Source: Candidatus Gottesmanbacteria bacterium GW2011_GWC1_43_10 (GTDB lineage: Bacteria > Patescibacteriota > Microgenomatia > UBA10105). From it: 64,000 nucleotides of DNA. Every line of letters begins with the position of its first letter. Position 1 is the stretch's first letter. The translations under genes were made by a program, and so were the position numbers. Positions 49,489 to 57,237 of the stretch are shown here, piece after piece. The stretch spans positions 19,232 to 83,231 of the forward strand of contig LCEX01000002.1 in assembly GCA_000995415.1 (NCBI GenBank). The letters run 5' to 3'. The notes beneath the pieces were generated by a model, which saw only the letters and a list, made by a program, of their open reading frames with translations, ran no database searches and was not told where the DNA came from.

Positions 49489-51705
49489 ATGATTACAATC
49501 ATTCCTGAACAAATAGCTTTGTATCGCTCCTTTTTTAATACCCGCACAGATGTATTTGCTAAATATTGGGTAGATTTGTCAGGTAAAAAGTCCGGGTATT
49601 CACCAGTTTACCGTTTGAACCAGTCACCACAAGCATTAACTGATATGGTTATTATCTCCCATTTGCAAGGTAACCAAACCATCGGTGTATACCCTCTGTT
49701 TCCAGATAATACAACAGCCTTTTTGGCAATTGATTTTGATGGCAGTGAGTGGTTAAAAACAATCCAACATGTAGTAACTGTTACCCAAGATGACAAAATA
49801 CCCATAGCAATTGAACGCTCCAGGTCAGGCAATGGAGCTCATATCTGGTTTTTCTTTACTAATCCGATTCCAGCCTATCTTGCCCGGCAGTTTGGTAGAT
49901 TTATTCTTAACCAATCAGGCATCACCACTCGCAAAACCTTTGACCGGCTGTTTCCCAGCCAAGACGAACATACCGGAAAAGGTTATGGAAACCTTATCTG
50001 TTTACCGCTCCAGGGAAAACTAGCCAGCGAAGATAAAACTGTATTTATCACTCCTAACGGTAACACTATTCCTGACCAGTGGCACTATTTAGCCCAAATC
50101 AGGAAAATATCGGTAACTGAGATCCAACAATACATCAGTAATTCCAATAAGCCGGTTATCTTTAACAAAGAGCAAATATCTGCACCGCAATCAAATCAAG
50201 CTACTCATCAAACCATCGAAGAGTCTAACGAAACTCAAGTAGTTACTACCCAAGGCCAACAAACCAAGTTGATACTTGGTTCGCAGATATTTATCCCAAA
50301 TATTTACTTACCCGATAAACTACATCGCTTCCTCAAAAGCGAACTCAATTTCCCCAACCCTGAATACTTTACCAAAGAACGGTTTGGTTATTCTACCTGG
50401 CAAACACCACGGTTTATCAAAACTATTGAAGTGCATCCCGATGGCATAACTATTCCGTTGGGATTATTGGATCAAGTGATGAAATTTATTAACCAAGAAC
50501 AATTGCAGGTGGAAATTACCGATAAACGAATTACTACAAAACCAGTGAGTTTCCCCTCAACTATCAAATTACGAAAAGACCAACAACAGATTTTACATGA
50601 ATTGCTCACCTTTGACCGTTCAATTCTTCAAGCTCATCCAGGATTTGGAAAAACTATGGTGGCTTTGTATCTGATGAAGAAACGCCGGCAAAAAACCCTG
50701 ATTATTGTCCATACAAATACTCTCCTTTATCAATGGCACAAGCGCATTACTGAATATTTTTCGCTTAAGAAAGATGAAGTCGGAATAATTGGTGATAACA
50801 AATGGAATATTGGTAAAAAGGTAACCATTGCTTCCTATATGACTTTGAGCCGGCGCGGAGTGAAAGAGATTAAGGATAATTTCGGATTCGTAATTGTTGA
50901 TGAGTGCCACCATGTGCCGGCTAACACGTTTAGTACTGTAGTCAAACAATTTCCGGCTAATTATATGCTTGGATTGACAGCTACCACCTATCGTAAAGAC
51001 AAGCTGGAAAAATTGATGTTTTTGTATATTAGCAACCATACAGTACCAGCTAAAGAGCAAACCCCATCAAAACAACCGGAATTATCCTCAACAGTCGAAA
51101 CACAACTACTTACCCGCAAAACTGAGTTTGAGATACATAGTAAAGTGGATGATTTTCAGGAAATCAGCCGCTTTACTATTGTTGATGATAAGCGGAACAA
51201 CCAAATCACGAGAGATATTGCTGAGGTTTTGGCAACCGGTGCTAAATGTCTCGTCCTGACCGAAAGGCTTGAACATTCGGAAAAACTATTGGAATTGGTT
51301 CGTACTAAAACAAAAGGCATTCATGCTGCAGTAGCCACCGGTGTCATGACTAAAAAACAGCGCGAACGGATCACGAAGCGGATGAGCCAGGAACGGTTCC
51401 AACTCCTCATTGCTACCGGAAAGCTCATCGGAGAAGGCTTTGACTGGCCGGCTGTTTCCCACCTGTTCCTGGCTTTTCCGTTTTCCTGGAAAGGTAGATT
51501 GATACAATATGTGGGTAGAGTGCAGCGAAATTCTGAGGGGAAAATTCTAGCCGTAGTTCATGATTATTTTGATGACAAAGTCCCTATGCTCAAACTAATG
51601 TATTTCAAACGTCTACGTACCTACCGTAGTTTAGGACTAACCAAAATCGGCAATCCTCAAAAACATACCAGCCTACCCGAAAACCAGCTGAGTCTGTTCG
51701 GATGA
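49489..51705 (+). CDS. Fusion of AEP-type primase-polymerase-like N-terminal domain with SF2 (DExH/ResIII-like) helicase
   Basis: N-terminal motifs LAIDFDG (hhhDhD), RSRSGNGAHIWFFF (sGxGxHxW) and LICLPLQG. C-terminal Walker A GFGKTMVAL, VIVDECHHV, LGLTATTYRKD and motif V/VI ATGKLIGEGFDWP...YVGRVQR. Confidence 0.6.
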   Translation: MITIIPEQIALYRSFFNTRTDVFAKYWVDLSGKKSGYSPVYRLNQSPQALTDMVIISHLQGNQTIGVYPLFPDNTTAFLAIDFDGSEWLKTIQHVVTVTQDDKIPIAIERSRSGNGAHIWFFFTNPIPAYLARQFGRFILNQSGITTRKTFDRLFPSQDEHTGKGYGNLICLPLQGKLASEDKTVFITPNGNTIPDQWHYLAQIRKISVTEIQQYISNSNKPVIFNKEQISAPQSNQATHQTIEESNETQVVTTQGQQTKLILGSQIFIPNIYLPDKLHRFLKSELNFPNPEYFTKERFGYSTWQTPRFIKTIEVHPDGITIPLGLLDQVMKFINQEQLQVEITDKRITTKPVSFPSTIKLRKDQQQILHELLTFDRSILQAHPGFGKTMVALYLMKKRRQKTLIIVHTNTLLYQWHKRITEYFSLKKDEVGIIGDNKWNIGKKVTIASYMTLSRRGVKEIKDNFGFVIVDECHHVPANTFSTVVKQFPANYMLGLTATTYRKDKLEKLMFLYISNHTVPAKEQTPSKQPELSSTVETQLLTRKTEFEIHSKVDDFQEISRFTIVDDKRNNQITRDIAEVLATGAKCLVLTERLEHSEKLLELVRTKTKGIHAAVATGVMTKKQRERITKRMSQERFQLLIATGKLIGEGFDWPAVSHLFLAFPFSWKGRLIQYVGRVQRNSEGKILAVVHDYFDDKVPMLKLMYFKRLRTYRSLGLTKIGNPQKHTSLPENQLSLFG

Positions 51706-51749
51706 TACTTTTTTACTAAAAATGTCTGTGCATAGGTTAAAATACCAGT

Positions 51750-52472
51750 ATGGTTAAAATTAAAAGGCAAAAGCATTTAACTAGGTCTCCAATTATATAT
51801 GGTGGTGACTTACCAATTTCACCTGATACTAACTCGGAATATATCTCTTACCATAATGAAGTAAATCTTAATGACTACGACTATCAAAAGGTAATCACCG
51901 AAAGTGAACGTACACTCTTTGAGCTCAATACGCCAAGGGAAATTAAGAAAAAACTGCTGTTTCTGCTTGGAGGTTTTGCAACAGTAGAATGCTATAAACT
52001 ACTCAAGAAATTTTTTGAAAATGGAAATAGCGAGCTTAAACCATGGGCAACGCTTGCGATGCAGGATCTGCGCTTCAAAATTGAAAATGAAATACGTGAA
52101 GAAGAGATGGATATGATTATGACAGGACTTGGAGGAATGAATAACAAACTCCGTTTTATGGTAGTTGTAAGTTCCAAAGCTGGAAAACCTTTAACGGTCA
52201 CTCATAAACGAATTATTGAGAAGGAATTATATAAAACAGCTAAACAACATGATTCTGAAGTTGAGCAAATTGAATTTGGGAGAAATTATGCTTTAATAAC
52301 CATCTTAATTTCTTTTGAAGTTGCGCCGCAAACGCCGATGGATGCGTTACTAGATGTAGTAAGTACAAAAAGACATATACTTCGGTATCATTTCATGATA
52401 GTCAATACACATAAGATTACAAAAAAGGAAATTGAGGAATATTTGAATCTGGATGAAGTAAGAAAATTATGA
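51750..52472 (+). CDS. Hypothetical protein (ORFan), island-associated
   Basis: 240-aa ORF directly downstream of the helicase; no recognisable motif. Confidence 0.4.
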   Translation: MVKIKRQKHLTRSPIIYGGDLPISPDTNSEYISYHNEVNLNDYDYQKVITESERTLFELNTPREIKKKLLFLLGGFATVECYKLLKKFFENGNSELKPWATLAMQDLRFKIENEIREEEMDMIMTGLGGMNNKLRFMVVVSSKAGKPLTVTHKRIIEKELYKTAKQHDSEVEQIEFGRNYALITILISFEVAPQTPMDALLDVVSTKRHILRYHFMIVNTHKITKKEIEEYLNLDEVRKL

Positions 52473-52855
52473 ACCTGAAACAGCATTTGAAATCTTTATC
52501 GAAAGACCAACTTATTAAGGAAATTCAAACGCTTTCCACTAAATTTCTTCAAGTTAAACAATATTATGAACTAAGGATTAAAGAAAACACAAGTAATGAA
52601 ATACTTGCAGTATACAAAAAACGGATCAAGGAGGAATTTTTCCCAACTCATGGATTTGGAGATGGCAGACTTTCAGTTGCGAGAAAACCGATCCAAGAAT
52701 ACAAAAAAATCGCTACCGATCAATTAGAAATTATTGATTTGATGCTCTATTACGTTGAGATCGGCGTGAAATACACTCGCGCCTATGGTGATATTAATGA
52801 GCAGTTTTATAACAGCATGGAAAATATGTACGAAAATGCTTTGGGACTTATTTAA
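52469..52855 (+). CDS. Hypothetical protein (ORFan), translationally coupled to the upstream ORF
   Basis: ATGA overlap with the 51750 ORF; 128 aa, charged with a coiled-coil-like composition. Confidence 0.4.
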   Translation: MNLKQHLKSLSKDQLIKEIQTLSTKFLQVKQYYELRIKENTSNEILAVYKKRIKEEFFPTHGFGDGRLSVARKPIQEYKKIATDQLEIIDLMLYYVEIGVKYTRAYGDINEQFYNSMENMYENALGLI

Positions 52856-53353
52856 CAAACGAACATGCATAATGACTTTTACAATCGTTGTAAAAAGATT
52901 GTTACTGATACTGAAGGTATAGGGTGGGGATTTTATGACAACCTTTCTGCTTTATTCAAAACATATTTCAAAAAATTCGAATCCTAGTCAGAGTCACGAG
53001 TTTCGCACCTGATGTAGTTTGATGTACACTTAAAGGATGGCTAAATCATTGTGTACAAAAGAGCTGTACTCTACTTTTCTTCGGGTAACCAGTTTCATTG
53101 CCAGGCTCGCACGAGCCGAGCTCAGAGAAATCATATTGTCCTCTCGGTACTTACCTGGATCAAACAAGCTGCCCTACGAAAGCAATACAATATTTCCTTT
53201 TATCAACAACAGTGGAACACCATAAAAGATACTATTGCCCTGCAACTGAAGTATGAATTAATTCCTACCTAAGTGCGAAACTCGTGTCCTCAAGCGCTTT
53301 TAGCATCAATTGTTTATTTGAGTACATCATGTATGGTTATTATTGGGTAGTCT

Positions 53354-54280
53354 TTATACCTGATCGAATACTATTCGATTGAGTTCTGATTGCGGTGCTA
53401 ACTTTTTAACCGTTTGTTCCACCTGTCTTTTGTCCACATGAGCGGCAATAACCACAGCTCCATAGAGGGCGAAATGCAGCTTTTTCAAACCTAATTTACG
53501 GTATTCTTTTTTGTACGTTTTTGCTTCCAAAAGACCACGGTGATAAAAGTAGATTGGTAAATACAATGCAGGTTTTTTATGGATAAGATCCTCAAGTTCG
53601 TCACGATACATATCTAAGTTTTTTGCAGATTGTAGATAAAACTTGATTTGGGCAATCTGTTTATCTTCTTTGGTAACTGATTTCGTAAAAGGCAGTGAAG
53701 TTATCAAGCCATAGGTAAGTTCTGCCTGCTGACAAGTTTCATAGATGTCCCGACTTATGTTTCGACCAAAATATATAGTAGAAGCATAGTAAAGCCCGCA
53801 CGTTGTAATTACCCCCTCAAATGGTAAAAGGACAGTCTCAACTAAAAATGGCAGCGTTTGTCTTGGCCACATCTCTTCAAAAGCGCTTACAAGTCCTTTT
53901 ATCAAATACGCTTTTTCATCATGGCCATACGTTAAGAATACCGCTCCATCTTTGAGATATTTCACAATATAGAATTTGTCTTTGTAATGATACTGCTTCC
54001 ATGAACGAATAATTTCGGATTCGTGCTTGTCCAGATTTCTCGTTACGAGGAATTCATCAAATACGTTCGGATGAGTCCATATGAATTTAGCTATTTTGCC
54101 TGCATCTTCAGTTTTAATACCTTGATGAAAATCTTTGCCGAGCATAGTTGGAGCGAGTTTATATTTCTCATTTGTATTTTGAAGCAATCCAAACCATAGG
54201 TGATAAAAACGCGTTATTTGATCAGGCGTAAGTTGTGAAGATTGATTTACCATATTTAAATTTATCCCCTGTTTTCCCAT
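53354..54280 (-). CDS. Hypothetical protein (ORFan) adjacent to tRNA locus
   Basis: 308-aa ORF with no recognisable motif. Confidence 0.4.
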   Translation of the reverse strand: MGKQGINLNMVNQSSQLTPDQITRFYHLWFGLLQNTNEKYKLAPTMLGKDFHQGIKTEDAGKIAKFIWTHPNVFDEFLVTRNLDKHESEIIRSWKQYHYKDKFYIVKYLKDGAVFLTYGHDEKAYLIKGLVSAFEEMWPRQTLPFLVETVLLPFEGVITTCGLYYASTIYFGRNISRDIYETCQQAELTYGLITSLPFTKSVTKEDKQIAQIKFYLQSAKNLDMYRDELEDLIHKKPALYLPIYFYHRGLLEAKTYKKEYRKLGLKKLHFALYGAVVIAAHVDKRQVEQTVKKLAPQSELNRIVFDQV

Positions 54281-54368
54281 TGAATTGGATGGTCAAAAAT
54301 CAGAGAAAAATTCGAATCTCAGCCTGAGAGATTATTTTTAGATTGTTATGACAAGCCAAATTTGATGT

Positions 54369-54416
54369 GCTGAGGCTAGGATTCGCACCTAGGTAGCCCG
54401 TTAGGGCGATCCCGCC
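54369..54416 (-). other. tRNA-like 3' half (variable arm, T arm and acceptor 3' strand) of a split tRNA-like gene
   Basis: Minus-strand sequence GGCGGGAT-CGCCCTAACGGGC-TACCTAGGTGCGAATCCTAG-CCTCAGC. A 35-nt block (54374-54408) is identical to tRNA-Tyr 54435-54469. Confidence 0.5.
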
Positions 54417-54429
54417 TTCATTTAAAGTG

Positions 54430-54514
54430 TGCCAGGGCTAGGATTCGCACCTAGGTAGCCCGTTAGGGCGACAGTTTTACAGACTGTTGCGATTGACTGC
54501 TCCGCCACCCTGGC
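54430..54514 (-). tRNA. tRNA-Tyr (anticodon GUA), type II with long variable arm; non-canonical D and T loops
   Basis: Acceptor GCCAGGG/CCCTGGC plus discriminator A; anticodon stem ACAGT/ACTGT with loop CTGTAAA (U33, GUA, A37); variable arm CGCCCTAACGGGC; T stem CTAGG/CCTAG. The D-loop lacks GG and the T-loop reads TGCGAAT (G at position 55). Confidence 0.6.
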
Positions 54515-54527
54515 ACTATCAGTGATT

Positions 54528-54562
54528 GGCGGGATTGCGATTGACTGCTCCGCCACCTCAGC
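54528..54562 (-). other. tRNA-like 5' half (acceptor 5' strand, D arm, anticodon-stem 5' strand) of a split tRNA-like gene
   Basis: Minus-strand GCTGAGG-TG-GCGGAGCAGTCAATCGCA-ATCCCGCC. Its D arm is identical to that of tRNA-Tyr (22-nt identity, 54535-54556 vs 54487-54508). Its acceptor strand pairs with the 3' half at 54369-54375. Confidence 0.5.
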
Positions 54563-54624
54563 TTACCCTTATTTTAACAAATACGGTACTAATTAACCAC
54601 TCTAAACGGGTTAAAATCACCCGA

Positions 54625-54653
54625 TTGCAAATATTGAGTCAATACGATATATT
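54625..54653 (+). promoter_or_regulatory. Sigma70-like promoter candidate for the cyclophilin gene
   Basis: TTGCAA, a 17-nt spacer, then TATATT; about 20 nt upstream of the ATG at 54674. Confidence 0.4.
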
Positions 54654-54673
54654 TGTCTTTTCAGTATGATGCT

Positions 54674-55315
54674 ATGAAAAAATGGCTTGGGTTAATCTTT
54701 ACGGCAATACTAGTATTTGCATTTGTATTTTTGGTCGGGACGAAACCGGCAGAGGAGGTCAAAGTGGATACTGAACCCGTTAATTACAAACAATGGGGTA
54801 GCCCGCCGGAAATGAAAATTGACATAGCCAAACAGTATTGGGCTATTATCGATACTTCCAAAGGCACCATTAAAGCTGAACTGTTGGCAAAAGATACCCC
54901 GCAAACAGTAAACAACTTTGTCTTTTTGGCCAGGGAACATTTTTATGATGGCGTCCAATTTCACCGGATCATCAAAGACTTCATGGTCCAAACAGGCGAT
55001 CCCAAAGGCGATGGAACCGGCGGACCGGGATACGAATTTGCGGATGAAAAAGTCACTCGGGATTATAAACGGGGAACGCTGGCTATGGCCAATAGCGGAC
55101 CAAATACCAACGGCAGCCAGTTTTTTTTCATGCACCAAGACTACAATTTACCCAAACAATACACTATTTTTGGTCAGATCGATCTGACCGATGCGGAAAG
55201 CTTGAAGACATTGGATGCGATCGCAGAAACGCCGGTTGAAGCTGGCGCGGGTGGAGAAAACTCCAAACCCAAAGAGATAGTTGCAATTAAAAGTGTAACG
55301 ATTGAAGAAAAGTAA
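54674..55315 (+). CDS. Cyclophilin-type peptidyl-prolyl cis-trans isomerase with N-terminal signal/anchor
   Basis: HRIIKDFMVQTGDPKGDGTGGPGYEFADE and MANSGPNTNGSQFFF. Confidence 0.85.
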   Translation: MKKWLGLIFTAILVFAFVFLVGTKPAEEVKVDTEPVNYKQWGSPPEMKIDIAKQYWAIIDTSKGTIKAELLAKDTPQTVNNFVFLAREHFYDGVQFHRIIKDFMVQTGDPKGDGTGGPGYEFADEKVTRDYKRGTLAMANSGPNTNGSQFFFMHQDYNLPKQYTIFGQIDLTDAESLKTLDAIAETPVEAGAGGENSKPKEIVAIKSVTIEEK

Positions 55316-55333
55316 ACAGGTAACTCCTCTTTA

Positions 55334-55354
55334 TCTCCTCTTGTGAAGAGGAGA
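55334..55354 (+). terminator. Hairpin (9-bp stem, GTG loop) downstream of the cyclophilin gene; member of a CTCTT-NNN-AAGAG hairpin family
   Basis: TCTCCTCTT-GTG-AAGAGGAGA. A second hairpin CCCCTCTT-CGC-AAGAGGGG lies at 55381-55399. Confidence 0.4.
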
Positions 55355-55415
55355 ACCTACAAGTATAGTTAGTAGTAATTCCCCTCTTCGCAAGAGGGGT
55401 TAGGGGAGTTTCCAA

Positions 55416-55787
55416 ATGCAACTGCCCATAAATGCTCCTTCACTAAAGGAGAATAGAATAAAGCTTCGTAAAAACCAAACTCATGTTGAATTTCTTCTTT
55501 GGTCAAAACTCCGAAATAAACAACTATTAGGGATCAAATTTTATCGTCAATATAGCATTGGTTATTACATTGTTGACTTTTATTGTCATCAATATAAGTT
55601 GGTTATTGAACTTGATGGAGGACAACATAACGAAAAGTCTCGAAAAGCTTATGATGATAAACGAACCCAGTTTCTTAACGGGCAAGGAATTGTAGTTCTG
55701 AGGTTTTGGGATAATGATGTCATTAATAATATTAAAGGTGTATTGGAAGTAATTAAACGACAAATTGAGGAAAGGAACTCACCCTGA
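55416..55787 (+). CDS. DUF559 (Vsr/restriction-endonuclease-fold) endonuclease-domain protein
   Basis: Characteristic block YIVDFYCHQYKLVIELDGGQHNEKSRKAYDDKRTQFLNGQGIVVLRFWDNDV. Confidence 0.8.
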   Translation: MQLPINAPSLKENRIKLRKNQTHVEFLLWSKLRNKQLLGIKFYRQYSIGYYIVDFYCHQYKLVIELDGGQHNEKSRKAYDDKRTQFLNGQGIVVLRFWDNDVINNIKGVLEVIKRQIEERNSP

Positions 55788-55790
55788 TCC

Positions 55791-55825
55791 CCTGCCTGTC
55801 GGCAGGCAGGTCTCTTGCCAAGAGA
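55791..55825. terminator. Bidirectional terminator region: GC palindrome CCTGCCTG-TCGG-CAGGCAGG followed by hairpin TCTCTT-GCC-AAGAGA
   Basis: Perfect inverted repeats lying between the convergent DUF559 and PGI/PMI genes. Confidence 0.5.
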
Positions 55826-55836
55826 GGAAATTACTT

Positions 55837-56925
55837 TTATTTACTCAGTTCTTTGAGGCGTTTTTTGAAATAATCCACCCAAGGGACCACGGAGGGATCC
55901 TGTTGGTAAAGCAGTGACAAATACATGGTCATAAATGAGCTAAACCCAATCAACTCCAAAGCCTGTTCAATTTTGTTTTGTCCTTGCAGTTTGTATTCCA
56001 ATGTTTGTAGACCATTTTTTTCCACCACCTCGCGGGTGATGTCAAAACGCACCTGGATACGTCGGTCATAAAGTGAGGACGTGAAGAATACAAATATGCC
56101 AATTTGCTTTAAAACTTCAGGAAACTTCAAGCCTTCCATCAGATGATGATTCAACTCCGGAATATAGCGGTATGAGGAAATGGCTTTGGCCGTTTCATTG
56201 GTTTGGTTTCCCATAGCATTGCCAATGCCTTGCAAATGTTCTGCTGTGACGTAATAAGGGTACTTACCGAACAAGTTTTGGGCCATATGTTTGGCCGGAT
56301 TTTGGATCGTCGGGATAGACTGATGAAAATTCACCAAGAGCTGTGGCAGCTTATTTAAAGCCTGGTCAACTTTTTGCGGCGAGATTTTCAAAAAGGAGCT
56401 GGCATAGAGTAAACCCATGTGTCCGGCAGTCATGTAGCCAACACCGATTCGCGGCTGCCCACTGGGATTGTGTTTAGCATCAAAAATATAGGCTGGCAAC
56501 CGATGGCTCTTGAAAAACTCGGCCAAAGGTCCACCGAGACAAAGACCGGTAATTTTGGCACCCATTTTCTGGGCTTCCTGACCGCAGTAAATGACTTCTT
56601 CGGTAGTCCCGGAATAAGAAGACAATATCACGAGCGTCTCGGACGAGACAAATTTGGGTAAGGTATAATTATCATTTATCACATAAGGTAAATCAATTTC
56701 TTCTTTAAACAATTCTTTGATGATGATCGGAGTAAAGCGTGAACCACCCATACCGCAAACTAAAATATTTTTTACTTGTTTATATTCGGCCGGGAATTTG
56801 AGCATTGAAGCTTCGGACCAAGCCTGTAGGCACTGATCCGGAAACGCGGTAATTGACTTGAGGACAATTTCACCGTTATGCGTATTTTTGACGACTTGAG
56901 AATCGTCGAGATTGACTTGTGTCAT
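55837..56925 (-). CDS. SIS-domain bifunctional phosphoglucose/phosphomannose isomerase-like protein
   Basis: ILVCGMGGSRFTPIIIKELF SIS motif; ~360 aa typical of the PGI/PMI family. Confidence 0.65.
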   Translation of the reverse strand: MTQVNLDDSQVVKNTHNGEIVLKSITAFPDQCLQAWSEASMLKFPAEYKQVKNILVCGMGGSRFTPIIIKELFKEEIDLPYVINDNYTLPKFVSSETLVILSSYSGTTEEVIYCGQEAQKMGAKITGLCLGGPLAEFFKSHRLPAYIFDAKHNPSGQPRIGVGYMTAGHMGLLYASSFLKISPQKVDQALNKLPQLLVNFHQSIPTIQNPAKHMAQNLFGKYPYYVTAEHLQGIGNAMGNQTNETAKAISSYRYIPELNHHLMEGLKFPEVLKQIGIFVFFTSSLYDRRIQVRFDITREVVEKNGLQTLEYKLQGQNKIEQALELIGFSSFMTMYLSLLYQQDPSVVPWVDYFKKRLKELSK

Positions 56926-56928
56926 AAT

Positions 56929-57213
56929 TTAACTTGGATTGGGCGGCGTTGCTGATGGTGTGGGTAAAGATGAAGGAGCTGCTGGAGTGGCAGAGGGGAC
57001 GAACAAGGGTGTAAGCGAAGATCGAGGTGGTACTACCGGAACTTTCAATTTTAGATTAGCATTGGGATACGGTGTTTTAGCCTTTTGGGTAGTGACGAAA
57101 GTAAAGGCAAATACCCCACCAGCTACAAGTAAACCAATCACTGCAAAAATCAGAATGCCATTTGATTTGTTTTTTTCACTTGGAAGCATACGTTGGTAAT
57201 AGCTTAATTGCAA
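56929..57213 (-). CDS. Small single-TM proline-rich protein
   Basis: TM GILIFAVIGLLVAGGVFAFTFV and a Pro/Ser/Thr-rich tail; the PGI/PMI start follows 3 nt after its stop. Confidence 0.35.
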   Translation of the reverse strand: MQLSYYQRMLPSEKNKSNGILIFAVIGLLVAGGVFAFTFVTTQKAKTPYPNANLKLKVPVVPPRSSLTPLFVPSATPAAPSSLPTPSATPPNPS

Positions 57214-57237
57214 TTAAGCTTCTTGTCAAGCCATTCT

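Noticed and set aside
48024-54300. Integrase, transposase or IS element expected in the accessory island
   Set aside because: No ORF shows tyrosine/serine recombinase (R..HxxR..Y) or DDE transposase motifs. The 308-aa and 240-aa ORFans were checked by eye and do not fit, so the island is described as integrase-less.
54417-54527. Group I or archaeal-type intron in the outer tRNA-like gene
   Set aside because: The 111-nt insert is far shorter than group I introns. Bacteria lack BHB splicing endonuclease, and exact removal would leave an 8-bp stem with no anticodon loop. The insert is itself a complete tRNA-like gene.
55321-55830. CRISPR array suggested by repeated CTCTT...AAGAG hairpins
   Set aside because: Only three copies are present, with different stems and loops and irregular spacing (47 bp, then 412 bp, with a gene in between). 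No cas genes are present. They are better explained as terminator-like or REP-like hairpins.
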